A stretch of 64,000 nucleotides of DNA, taken from a bacterium. GTDB taxonomy: Bacteria; Zhuqueibacterota; Zhuqueibacteria; Residuimicrobiales; Krinioviventaceae. The position numbers and the translations under genes were made by a program. A model generated the notes under the pieces. The model was not told the DNA's origin, did no database searches, and saw only the letters and a program-made list of their open reading frames with translations. This document shows positions 52,518-62,219 of this stretch, in pieces (within the stretch, counting starts at the first letter, position 1; each line of letters starts with the position of its first letter). The DNA is taken from contig CAXXFV010000016.1 of NCBI GenBank assembly GCA_963674595.2, positions 32,001-96,000 on the forward strand, read 5' to 3'.

Positions 52518-52561
52518 GAGAGTATAATAAGAGTGTTATAAGAGCCTTTTAGGAGTGTCTT

Positions 52562-53584
52562 ATGTGTCAAAAATTGTTTGTTATCGGTTTGTCTTTATTG
52601 TTGTTATCCTGTCAAAAACAGTCAGGAAATTCCAATCAAGCTACATTAACTCTGGGTGCTTATACAGTGCCAAAAGAAGCTTATCAGCAAAAAATTATAC
52701 CGGCCTTTCAAAAATATTGGTTTGCAAAAACAGGCCAACAAGTAAAATTTCAGGAATCCTATATTGCTTCCGGTGCCCAATCACGGGCCATTGTTGCCGG
52801 GTTTGAGGCTGATGTTGCCGCTCTTTCTCTTGAAAAGGATATTGCACGTCTGCAGGACGTTGGGCTTGTTACGCACAATTGGAAAAACAATGCCTGTAAA
52901 GGTTTTGTAACCCGGTCCATTGTGGTTATGGCTGTTAGAAAAGGGAATCCTTTAAATATCAAAACCTGGCAGGATGTGACGAATAAAGGTATCCAGGTTC
53001 TTTACCCGAATCCAAAGACGTCCGGCGGCGCCATGTGGGATATTAACGCGATTTACGGGGCCGGTTTAAAATACAGTGAAATACGCGGTGGAAAACCAAA
53101 TGAAGAGGAAGCGGCACTTTTATTAAAAAAAATTCAAAAGAATGTAAAAGTTATGGACAAGTCGGGTCGTGCTTCTGTTACAACTTTTGAGAACGGAATC
53201 GGCGATGTTTTAGTGACCTATGAAAATGAGGTATTGGCACGGATTAAACAGGGCAAAGAAATGGATATAATTATTCCTGATGCCACCGTCCTTATTGAAA
53301 ATCCGATTGCTGTTGTTGATCAAAATGTTGAAAAACATAAAAACAGAGCTGTTGCCGAGGCTTTTGTAGAGTTTTCAGTTACCGAAGAATCGCAGCGTGC
53401 TTTTTCGGAATTTGGATTTCGGTCTGTGCTCGATCAGATCGCCCGGGAATTTTCCGATTCTTATCCGGAACCGGCGCTGCTTTTTGATATCGAATATTTA
53501 GGCGGATGGAATAGTGTTCATAAAAACATTTACGGGCCAGATGGCGTTTGGACGTTGATAATAAAAGAATTAGCTGATGAATAA
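52562..53584 (+). CDS. sbp: Sulfate/thiosulfate ABC substrate-binding lipoprotein (Sbp/CysP family)
   Basis: Lipobox LLS-C; SGAQSRAI..G.EADV, PNPKTSGGA.W and GDVL..YENE motifs. Confidence 0.9.
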   Translation: MCQKLFVIGLSLLLLSCQKQSGNSNQATLTLGAYTVPKEAYQQKIIPAFQKYWFAKTGQQVKFQESYIASGAQSRAIVAGFEADVAALSLEKDIARLQDVGLVTHNWKNNACKGFVTRSIVVMAVRKGNPLNIKTWQDVTNKGIQVLYPNPKTSGGAMWDINAIYGAGLKYSEIRGGKPNEEEAALLLKKIQKNVKVMDKSGRASVTTFENGIGDVLVTYENEVLARIKQGKEMDIIIPDATVLIENPIAVVDQNVEKHKNRAVAEAFVEFSVTEESQRAFSEFGFRSVLDQIAREFSDSYPEPALLFDIEYLGGWNSVHKNIYGPDGVWTLIIKELADE

Positions 53585-54413
53585 AAAGAAAACACAAAGC
53601 AGGATATTTGACCGGCAAAATCCCACCTTACGGGTAATGATGTTTGCATATATCGGATTACTGGTTATCCTTCCGGTTTGTGCTATTATTGCTGAGGCAT
53701 TTAACGGAGGTTGGAAATCGTTATTAACCGGCACGTTCAATACCCAGGCGATATATTCACTAAAATTGACATTTATCGTTGCGGTTATTATGGTTATTAT
53801 TAATAGTATTATGGGAACAGCCACGGCCTGGGTACTGGTTCGTTATAATTTCCCTTTTAAAAATTTGCTGAACGCACTCATCGATTTGCCCTTTGCTATT
53901 CCCACAGTTGTAACGGGTATTATGCTTGTCACCCTGTACGGACCATACAGTTTTGTCGGTAAATTTTTAGGTAACAGCGGAATTGAAATTATTTACGCAA
54001 AACCGGGAATTGTTCTGGCATTGTTATATGTATCTTTTCCTTTTGTTGTCCGTGCTGTTCAGCCCGTTCTACAGGAAATGGACCTGGATATGGAGGAAGC
54101 CGCAAAAACACTCGGCGCCAGGTCATTTACAATATTTTTTAAAATAGTAATACCAACATTGCTGCCGGCAATATTAACCGGTGCGGCATTGTCATTTAGC
54201 CGTGCTATTGGGGAATTTGGATCTATTGCTATTGTATCCGGTAATATTCCTTTTAAAACCCAGGTTGCTTCTGTTTTTATCTATGGAGAGCTTGAAAGTT
54301 ACAATCCTCAGGGTGCGTTGGGAATTTCTATCATTTTGTTGGGGTGTTCGTTTGGCGTCCTTGTTTTATTAAATTTTCTGCAAAGATGGAGTAGGCGTCA
54401 TGAAAATATTTAA
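53577..54413 (+). CDS. cysT: Sulfate ABC permease CysT
   Basis: DLPFAIPT, RAVQPVL..EEAA..LGA and GEFGS...GN.PFKT motifs. Confidence 0.92.
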   Translation: MNKKKTQSRIFDRQNPTLRVMMFAYIGLLVILPVCAIIAEAFNGGWKSLLTGTFNTQAIYSLKLTFIVAVIMVIINSIMGTATAWVLVRYNFPFKNLLNALIDLPFAIPTVVTGIMLVTLYGPYSFVGKFLGNSGIEIIYAKPGIVLALLYVSFPFVVRAVQPVLQEMDLDMEEAAKTLGARSFTIFFKIVIPTLLPAILTGAALSFSRAIGEFGSIAIVSGNIPFKTQVASVFIYGELESYNPQGALGISIILLGCSFGVLVLLNFLQRWSRRHENI

Positions 54414-55224
54414 GCCTGTTCGATTCAACGTTGAATGGGGAAAAGTTACACTTGTTACTTTTGTTATAGGATGGTTTCTTTTTCTTATATTATTTCCATT
54501 GTATGGCATATTTTCACAGGTTGTTCAGGCCGGTCTGAGTTCATTTATTACTTCATTTACTTCTTTAGAGTTTCAGCACGCCTTTGGATTGACATTTTTT
54601 ATCACCATCCTCGCTGTTTTATTTAATCTTGTTTTTGGAATTATCATCGCCCTGGTTCTTGCGAAGCAAAAGTTTTTTGGTAAAGTAATGTTTGAAGGAT
54701 TGCTCGATTTACCCTTTGCTGTTTCGCCGGTAGTAGCGGGTTTTATGTTTATTTTGCTTTTTGGACCAAACGGCTGGATCGGTAACTGGTTTGAAATGCA
54801 GGGGATTAAAATTGTTTATGCATTTCCGGGGATGGTATTGGCGACTTTGTTTGTAACCCTGCCTTTTGTTGCCAGGGAAGTGATACCTGTTCTTAAGGAA
54901 TTTGGTTTACAGCAGGAAGAGGCGGCTTATGTTTTAGGGGCTTCCAAATGGCAGACTTTTTTTAAAGTGACTTTACCGTCCATAAAATGGGGCCTCGTTT
55001 ATGGCGTTACGTTGACGGTCGCGCGGTCAATCGGTGAGTTTGGGGCGGTTCTTGTTGTAAGCGGCAGTATCATTAATAAAACGCAAACAGCAACATTACA
55101 TATTCACCAGGAATTTACGGATTATAATTATATAGGCGCTTTTTCTGCGGCTATCCTGCTGGCTGTCATTTCCTTTTTAATTTTAACAATTACGCAAAAA
55201 ATTTATCAACAAAAAAGAGTGTAA
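54400..55224 (+). CDS. cysW: Sulfate ABC permease CysW
   Basis: DLPFAVSPVVAG, PFVAREVIP and IKWGL.YG motifs. Confidence 0.92.
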   Translation: MKIFKPVRFNVEWGKVTLVTFVIGWFLFLILFPLYGIFSQVVQAGLSSFITSFTSLEFQHAFGLTFFITILAVLFNLVFGIIIALVLAKQKFFGKVMFEGLLDLPFAVSPVVAGFMFILLFGPNGWIGNWFEMQGIKIVYAFPGMVLATLFVTLPFVAREVIPVLKEFGLQQEEAAYVLGASKWQTFFKVTLPSIKWGLVYGVTLTVARSIGEFGAVLVVSGSIINKTQTATLHIHQEFTDYNYIGAFSAAILLAVISFLILTITQKIYQQKRV

Positions 55225-55229
55225 TATAA

Positions 55230-56322
55230 ATGGGAATATCTGTTCAAAATATTTCAAAAAGATATGGCGATTTTTTCGCTGTGAATGATGTGAGTTTCGA
55301 TATTAACAAGGGCGAATTGGTGGCCATTACTCGGGCCGAGTGGTTCGGGAAAAAGTACGATTTTGCGAATTATCGCCGGTTTGGAAATCCCGGACAGTGG
55401 TCAGGTTTCATTATCCGGTATGGATGTTACCAATATTTCGACGCAAAAAAGAGACATTGGGTTTGTTTTTCAACATTATGCCCTTTTTAAACACATGACT
55501 GTTGAAAAAAATATTGCCTTTGGATTGGAAATTCGAAAGAAAAATAAACAGTTTATTCAACAAAAAGTGTTAGAGTTGATTGATCTGGTTAAATTGTCGG
55601 GATATGAAAAACACTTTCCGGATCAGCTTTCAGGCGGACAACGTCAGAGGGTGGCTTTGGCCCGTGCTTTGGCGGCTGAACCTCAGGTTTTGCTTTTGGA
55701 TGAACCTTTTGGCGCCCTGGATGCCAAAGTACGTGATAACCTGGCACAATGGATTTGCGAGTTTCATGACCAGCAGCAAATTACCAGTGTTTTTGTCACC
55801 CATGACCAAAATGAAGCCATTGAAATTGCCGACAAGATCATTGTCATAAATCGTGGCAAGGTTGAACAAATAGGAACAGCTCGGGAGGTTTATGAAAACC
55901 CGAAAAGCAAGTTTGTGGCCAGTTTTATCGGGCAGGTTAATGTGATTGATGCTGTTGTAAAAAATGACAAAATATTTTTAAAAAATTCCGATCAGATGAT
56001 TGACGCGGACCGGCAGCATCCTGATGGAGATGCGGTGTTGCTGGTGCGGCCTGAAGATGTTAAAGTGCATACAGAGTTTCAGGAAAATACATTTCCGGCA
56101 CTTTTGGAAAAAATACATTACCGGGGGAGTCACTATGAAATTGACTGCAACATGTCCGGATATTCCATCAAAATCGTTGAAAATAAAAAAGATGGTTTTG
56201 TTGAGCTAATGGAAAATAAAACGATAGTGTATTTAAAATTTGCTGATTTTCGTTTGTTTTCTGCCGGTAAGGGCCATAAAGATATTCGTGAAAAACTGCA
56301 AAAATTAGGTTATATCGAATAA
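55230..56322 (+). pseudogene. cysA: Sulfate ABC ATPase CysA with a 1-bp frameshift at ~55325 (pseudogene or sequencing error)
   Basis: The N-terminus MGISVQNISKRYG...GELVA is in one frame. Walker A LLGPSGSGKST and the rest (GFVFQHYALF, LSGGQRQR, DEPF) are in the +1 frame: GTG GCC A TTA CTC GGG. Confidence 0.85.
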
Positions 56323-56340
56323 ACAATAAACGGAGGATAT

Positions 56341-56988
56341 ATGAAAAAACATTTTTTCTTTTTTTATCTTTTTATTATACCATGTTTTCTGTACGCTTTT
56401 GAAGATAATGATGCTCAATACTGGCCGAGAATAACCCTGGAAAGTAAAATCAATAAAAGATGGAAAGCATCTATGGACCAGGAATTCAGAATTGGTGCTG
56501 ATATGTCTGATCTTTATTTTCATCGATCCGATTTTGGACTTGTCTTTAAAGCATCTGATCGGGTGAACATAGGTTTCTATTACTGGCACAGTTATAAACA
56601 AAAGGGAGAAACATGGCTGATGGAAAAAAGGCCGCATGTTGACGCGACTTTAAAAATTCCGGCTTTATGTAAAAGTAGAATGCAATTCAGGGCCCGTCTG
56701 GAAGATAGAAATGAGCAAAACAAGGATATATTTTGGGTTTTTCGAAACCGACTTTTAATTGAGTCTCAACAAATGTTTTTTAATAATTTACGTCCATATA
56801 TTGCAGACGAATTATTTTTTAACATAACTGAGAGTGAATTTAACCGTAATCGCATTTATGCCGGATTTAAAGTTAAATGTCCGTCTCCTTTCCAGTTTGA
56901 TTTATATTATATGCTGCAAACGGATAAAGATGTAAACCACTGGAAACGTACACATGTCCTGGGGACCAAGCTAAAAATTAGCTATTAA
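56341..56988 (+). CDS. DUF2490-like outer-membrane beta-barrel protein
   Basis: Signal peptide; E.RP, R.RLE.R, R.R, DELF and NR.Y.G motifs; terminal Tyr. Confidence 0.7.
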   Translation: MKKHFFFFYLFIIPCFLYAFEDNDAQYWPRITLESKINKRWKASMDQEFRIGADMSDLYFHRSDFGLVFKASDRVNIGFYYWHSYKQKGETWLMEKRPHVDATLKIPALCKSRMQFRARLEDRNEQNKDIFWVFRNRLLIESQQMFFNNLRPYIADELFFNITESEFNRNRIYAGFKVKCPSPFQFDLYYMLQTDKDVNHWKRTHVLGTKLKISY

Positions 56989-57150
56989 AACTAATTTTGA
57001 ATTTTAATCCGTATTGTTTACTCTATTGAGCCTGGCGTGGGAATTTCTTTTAATTAAAGGAAAATCTCATGGATTATTGCTCCTGATGTGGTAAAATCAA
57101 TACTTTTTGCAAGTAAATTATTTAATATTAATTATTTTGTATGTTTTTTG

Positions 57151-57178
57151 TTGACATTGTGCAAAAAAATGTTACATT
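57151..57178 (+). promoter_or_regulatory. Possible sigma70 promoter
   Basis: TTGACA-16 nt-TACATT. Confidence 0.4.
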
Positions 57179-57264
57179 GTATATTTACAATTTGTGCAAG
57201 CCTGCTTTTTTCATTTCTTAAATTCTTAAAATTTAGCCTAAAATAATTGTGCTTGGGATGCCTT

Positions 57265-60200
57265 ATGATGTCTCTTTATTTTTTACGCGTGAAAAATATC
57301 CGGTTATTTCTGTTTATTGCTATTTTTCTTGGTCTTTTTAAAAGTGCTGATGCACAAATTTTAGTGGCCGATCAGACCATTAAACAAAAAGTGTGGATCC
57401 GTGCAGATCTTACTGATGATTATCTGTTTAGAGTCATCGGGGAAGTTGATATTCAGGTTCCCGGTCATTATAGAATAATTGCCAATACCTTTTATAATAG
57501 TGGTGATGAGCAGCATAACGAATCTTATTATATGCTGGTTTTTGCACCGGATGGTTCCGTTGTAACACCTGTTGACTCAAATGCCGGACCTTATAAAGTG
57601 GTGCCTGATGACCCGGGGCCGAAACACGGTGCAAAGAGGGACGCCGGTTTGTTTTATCTGGAGAGGGGCGTTAATCGTATTGAAGTCCACCATTATTTTA
57701 AAATTTATAAGGAATATCCTCAATTTGTTAATATAGCCATGGGTGGCTCGGAAAGCGTTCGTATTGATGATGTCCGTATTAAATATGAACCTATTGTAGA
57801 TGGTGCAGTAGAACTATCATCTGATATTACGACAAAAAAAACAATAGGTGACAAAGAGTATGAACTTGTCGGACCGAACGAAACCTTTCAATACCAAATT
57901 CAGGTACAAAACCTGGAACGAGATATTTTGTTCACACCCAAGTTAACAAGCTATTTACCCGAATACATTTCTGTTGATAATTTTTCAATTCAACCTGATT
58001 CAATCCTGGACAAAAAACTTGTCTGGAATTTACCCGATTTTGAATCCATGCAGTCATTGACGATAAACTTTGATGCTACGGTGGATGAAGACATTCCATT
58101 GGGATATGCTCCCTTTATTCTTCATGCCGACCTGGCCGTTTTTAATGATAAAGATTTAACCAATAATTATGACGATCTATTAACAATTGCTTATAAAGCC
58201 CATCCGATACCGGCCCCGCCATTGGCAGATATTTCTTTTAGAATTAATGCGGTTACCGATTCCATGGATGTTAGCGGTACCGACACCCTCAAGTATGTGC
58301 GAAGAGGAGAAAATATTGAATATCAATTGGATGTTTATAATGCCGGACCGGACACGGCTAAAAGTGTGGATATCCGCAATTTGCTTCCCCCGTTTTTAAC
58401 TGTGGAGTCCTGGTCAATACAGCCGCTGTTTGTCAACCAAAGGTTTGCCAAATGGCAAATTGGTACGCTTGCACCCAACCAGACTTTTAGTATTACCCTG
58501 ACCGCAAGACTGGACGATACTTTAAATGTTCATCTTTACCCACTTTTTGACCTGGGCACGGCTTTTGCGGAAAATGATACGTTATTATACAACAACTTTG
58601 ATTCGGATATTGTTTATGCTATCATAGATGAACCTGAATTGCAATATGATTTGCAGTTAACGGAAGAGGCCCTTTCCAATATTTCAATTTCTGTTGATAA
58701 CCAGGTTTTCCCAGCCGTGCTTGCGGGCAATGCTTTTAATTGTCAAATAAATGTGGTAAATGCCGGACCGGATAACGCTGATAATGTTAAAGTTTGGCAT
58801 GATATACCCGATTCCGTAACGTTGGATGGTTTTAATATTGAGCCAAGTTATCAATTTCGTAATGTTATTTACTGGACTTTTGACCAGTTGCTCAACGGTG
58901 AATCCGTTACTTTGACGTTTAATGCAACCGCATCGGATTCGTTCCCAAATTTTCCGTACCCGTTAACAGGACGCTCAGGGGTTTATGCTGCTAATGAACA
59001 GGATTATTCAAATAATATTGACTCGTCCCGTGTTTATGCCGTTTCAGAAATACCTGTTGATACGACAAAATATGTTGATATGGGTTTAACGCAAACAATC
59101 GGTGCTGACTCTGTCATTATATCCGGTCAGGATACAACCTATTTTGCACACCCTGGCGAAGAATATCCTGTTACTTTGACCGTCAAAAACGACAGCCTGG
59201 CAGATGCGGAACATGTTGAATTATTAATGGTTGTACCAAATGGTATTACTGTTCAGCAGTATTCGCAGGAACCGACACGGGTATCCGGTGATTCTGTTTT
59301 CTGGAACTGGGCAATACTGGGTGGACAGTCGGTAACGCAAATTATTTATAATGTTAAAGTAAATGACGATGCCGCAACAATGATGCGTTCTTTTGACCAT
59401 TTTGCCGTCATTTCTGCTGCAAATGAGGATACAACAAAAATTGATAATAACACGGTTTTGGACCAGGTACAGGTTTATATCGTTCCTCCAAAATATGATC
59501 TGGTTTTTGACCATCAGGTAGATGCAGATACCTCCATTATCGTCAATGAACAGGACTTTCCTGCTGTTGTAGTGGGGAACAGTTTTAACGGCACATTAAC
59601 AATCAACAATGCCGGACCGGACAGCGCCTCTGATGTAAACATTTGGTATGTTCCGCCTGACTCTGTTGTAATTAATGGGTTTAATATTGAACCTGACGTT
59701 CAAAGTGGTGATACCCTGTTTTGGCAATTTAACAGTTTGGCAAAGGATAGTGTCATCCAGATTACTTTTCTGGCAAATGTTGCAGATTCGCTGCCGGATT
59801 ATCCGTTCCCGCTTTTAGGAACAGGTGGTGTCGTTTCTCCCAATGAAAATAATCCGGGAAACAATGCCGACTCTGCTTTAGTATATGCGATTGCCAAACC
59901 GATCCTAGAGAAATTTGTGGATTTACGATTGTATCAATATGTTGGTGTCGATTCGGTTATTGTCGCTGAAAATGACACATTGTATTATGCCCTTCCTGAT
60001 GAGGAATATGATGTCAAGGTCACTGTGTGGAATGACAGTTTAAATACAGCGAAAAATGTACAATTGCTGGCGGTTATACCAGCCGGCATCAATGCAGGTT
60101 CTTTCGTGCCGGAGCCGGCGAGTGTGTCCCGCGATTCCGTATTTTGGTCATGGGAAAACCTGAATGGACAGGAATTTATACAAATCAGTTATCATGTTAA

Positions 60201-62217
60201 AGTCAATGCCGATACCGGATTGACAATGCGTTCCTTTGATCATATTGCAACTGTTACGGCGGATAATGAAAAGACCACTGATTTGGAAAATAATACTTCA
60301 ATAAAACAGGTCCATATCTATCGTATACCGGATGAATTTGTTGATTTACGTTTGTATCAGTCCATTGGTGTTGATTCTGTGATTGTCGCTGAAAGGGATA
60401 CGCTCTATTTTGCCCATCCGGGTGAAGAGTATAATGTCATTGTTTCTGTTTTTAATGACAGTGACTATACGGCCCGGGATGCAAGTTTGATTGTTATTGT
60501 ACCGCGAATTCTCAGTTTTAGTGATTTTTCTCCCGAACCGACACAGGTTTCCGGCGATTCCGTGTTGTGGTCCTGGGAGAGCCTGGCCGCCAATTCAAAC
60601 GTCAGCGTTGCCTATCATGTAAAAGTCAAAACAGATCCGGATTTGATGATGCGTTCATACAATCATAAAGCTGTTGTTTCGGCCGCTAATGAGGATCCGG
60701 AAAAACTGGACAATAATTCCGATGAAAAACAGGTCCAGCTTTATTTCGTGCCTGTCGTATTTGATTTAAGTTTTAATCAAACAGTCACAGCAGATACAAC
60801 GATTACCATTGATAATAAAGAATACCCTGCTGTTCTTCAGGGAGATATATATGAAATTGAATTGAATACCGTCAATTCAGGTCCGGATTCTTCGCACGAT
60901 GTTGTTGTTTGGTATATAAAACCGGATTCTGTGACATTGTTTGGTTTTAATATTGAGCCGAATTCTCAAAACGGTGATACATTATTCTGGAATTTTCCGG
61001 TTATTGGTCCCGGTCAAGCCGTTGATATTTCATTTCAACTTGATGTAAGTGATTCTCTTGCCTATTACCCCTATCCGTTACTGAATACCGGTGGTGTTGT
61101 TGCTCCCGGCGAAACAAATCAGGATAATAACACGGATTCCAAACTTGTTTATGTGATAGAAAAACAAATTGAACCCGTCCATGAGTTTGTAGATTTGATT
61201 TTGATACAAACTATATACACGGATTCAATGGTTGTTGATGGTTCTGATACGACATATTTTGCCGGTCCGGACGATACTTATGATCTGCGATTATGTGTTA
61301 AAAATGACAGTACAATTGCCGCAGACAATGTTCAACTGGTTACGCTGGTCCCGGATGGTGTGACAATACTCGATTCGAATCCATCACCATATCGAACAAA
61401 CCAGGATTCAGTTTTTTGGACATGGGAACAGATTGATGGAAATTCAACAGAATGTGTGGAATTTTCCGTAAAAACAGACAATGATTTCCCGGTGGGAACA
61501 AGTTCTGTTTTGCATATTACATCCCTGTCTGGTGACAATGAAGACCCGGATAAAATGTCAAACAACACACAGCAGGAACGGGTTTATATATATGTTCCGC
61601 CGCCGCAGCCTGTTGAACCCTATATCAGAGTGACGCCGACTGTTATAGATATTGATGACAGTTTGGCCGTTGAGATCAAGGTGTCTGATAAAGTTGCAAG
61701 TTATGATATTTGGGCATATTTGCCGGATGGCAGCATTGATACAACCTTTGCTGACGTTTACATTCAGCAGAACAGCACGCTGTCTGTTGAAATATGGACA
61801 ATGATTCAGCCGTTCTATAAACAACCCTATATGTTAACAAAGCTACATGAAGAACAAGTTGTTTTTGAATTACGTGTTGTTGACGAATACGGGCGCAGCA
61901 GTAAAGCCCAGGCTACTGCTGTTATTCGCAGTTTAAATTATCTTGTGTTGGACCGAAATGTTTATGAAGCTGAATATATTGAGCCGTTGGGTATTCGTTT
62001 CAAGCTAAGTTCGAAACGTGTTGCCAGTTTGGATATTTATGATATTAACGGACGACATGTTGAAAATTTAGCCAATGAGGTTTTTAACGGTGGATGGAAT
62101 ATGTATTATTGGGATGGCCGTAAAAAAGACGGTTCCAGGGTAGGAAGTGGTGTTTATTTAGTGACCCTTCGTTCGGGTGAGTATAATTCGTGGAAAAAGT
62201 TTATTCTGGTGAGATAA
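57265..62217 (+). CDS. Large secreted/surface protein with ~9 DUF11-like Ig repeats and FlgD/T9SS-like C-terminal domain
   Basis: Signal peptide (ADA-Q); repeats of DL.......N.GPD.A..V......P......W....L....NE....NN; tail IYDING...WDG...GSGVYLV...KKFILVR. Start uncertain. Confidence 0.82.
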   Translation: MMSLYFLRVKNIRLFLFIAIFLGLFKSADAQILVADQTIKQKVWIRADLTDDYLFRVIGEVDIQVPGHYRIIANTFYNSGDEQHNESYYMLVFAPDGSVVTPVDSNAGPYKVVPDDPGPKHGAKRDAGLFYLERGVNRIEVHHYFKIYKEYPQFVNIAMGGSESVRIDDVRIKYEPIVDGAVELSSDITTKKTIGDKEYELVGPNETFQYQIQVQNLERDILFTPKLTSYLPEYISVDNFSIQPDSILDKKLVWNLPDFESMQSLTINFDATVDEDIPLGYAPFILHADLAVFNDKDLTNNYDDLLTIAYKAHPIPAPPLADISFRINAVTDSMDVSGTDTLKYVRRGENIEYQLDVYNAGPDTAKSVDIRNLLPPFLTVESWSIQPLFVNQRFAKWQIGTLAPNQTFSITLTARLDDTLNVHLYPLFDLGTAFAENDTLLYNNFDSDIVYAIIDEPELQYDLQLTEEALSNISISVDNQVFPAVLAGNAFNCQINVVNAGPDNADNVKVWHDIPDSVTLDGFNIEPSYQFRNVIYWTFDQLLNGESVTLTFNATASDSFPNFPYPLTGRSGVYAANEQDYSNNIDSSRVYAVSEIPVDTTKYVDMGLTQTIGADSVIISGQDTTYFAHPGEEYPVTLTVKNDSLADAEHVELLMVVPNGITVQQYSQEPTRVSGDSVFWNWAILGGQSVTQIIYNVKVNDDAATMMRSFDHFAVISAANEDTTKIDNNTVLDQVQVYIVPPKYDLVFDHQVDADTSIIVNEQDFPAVVVGNSFNGTLTINNAGPDSASDVNIWYVPPDSVVINGFNIEPDVQSGDTLFWQFNSLAKDSVIQITFLANVADSLPDYPFPLLGTGGVVSPNENNPGNNADSALVYAIAKPILEKFVDLRLYQYVGVDSVIVAENDTLYYALPDEEYDVKVTVWNDSLNTAKNVQLLAVIPAGINAGSFVPEPASVSRDSVFWSWENLNGQEFIQISYHVKVNADTGLTMRSFDHIATVTADNEKTTDLENNTSIKQVHIYRIPDEFVDLRLYQSIGVDSVIVAERDTLYFAHPGEEYNVIVSVFNDSDYTARDASLIVIVPRILSFSDFSPEPTQVSGDSVLWSWESLAANSNVSVAYHVKVKTDPDLMMRSYNHKAVVSAANEDPEKLDNNSDEKQVQLYFVPVVFDLSFNQTVTADTTITIDNKEYPAVLQGDIYEIELNTVNSGPDSSHDVVVWYIKPDSVTLFGFNIEPNSQNGDTLFWNFPVIGPGQAVDISFQLDVSDSLAYYPYPLLNTGGVVAPGETNQDNNTDSKLVYVIEKQIEPVHEFVDLILIQTIYTDSMVVDGSDTTYFAGPDDTYDLRLCVKNDSTIAADNVQLVTLVPDGVTILDSNPSPYRTNQDSVFWTWEQIDGNSTECVEFSVKTDNDFPVGTSSVLHITSLSGDNEDPDKMSNNTQQERVYIYVPPPQPVEPYIRVTPTVIDIDDSLAVEIKVSDKVASYDIWAYLPDGSIDTTFADVYIQQNSTLSVEIWTMIQPFYKQPYMLTKLHEEQVVFELRVVDEYGRSSKAQATAVIRSLNYLVLDRNVYEAEYIEPLGIRFKLSSKRVASLDIYDINGRHVENLANEVFNGGWNMYYWDGRKKDGSRVGSGVYLVTLRSGEYNSWKKFILVR

Positions 62218-62219
62218 TC

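Noticed and set aside
55320-55335. Programmed frameshift or phase variation in cysA
   Set aside because: No homopolymer, slippery heptamer or tandem repeat at the break.
57800-61600. CRISPR array or DNA tandem repeat
   Set aside because: The repeats are protein-level, diverged and inside one ORF; no repeat-spacer pattern or cas genes anywhere in the window.
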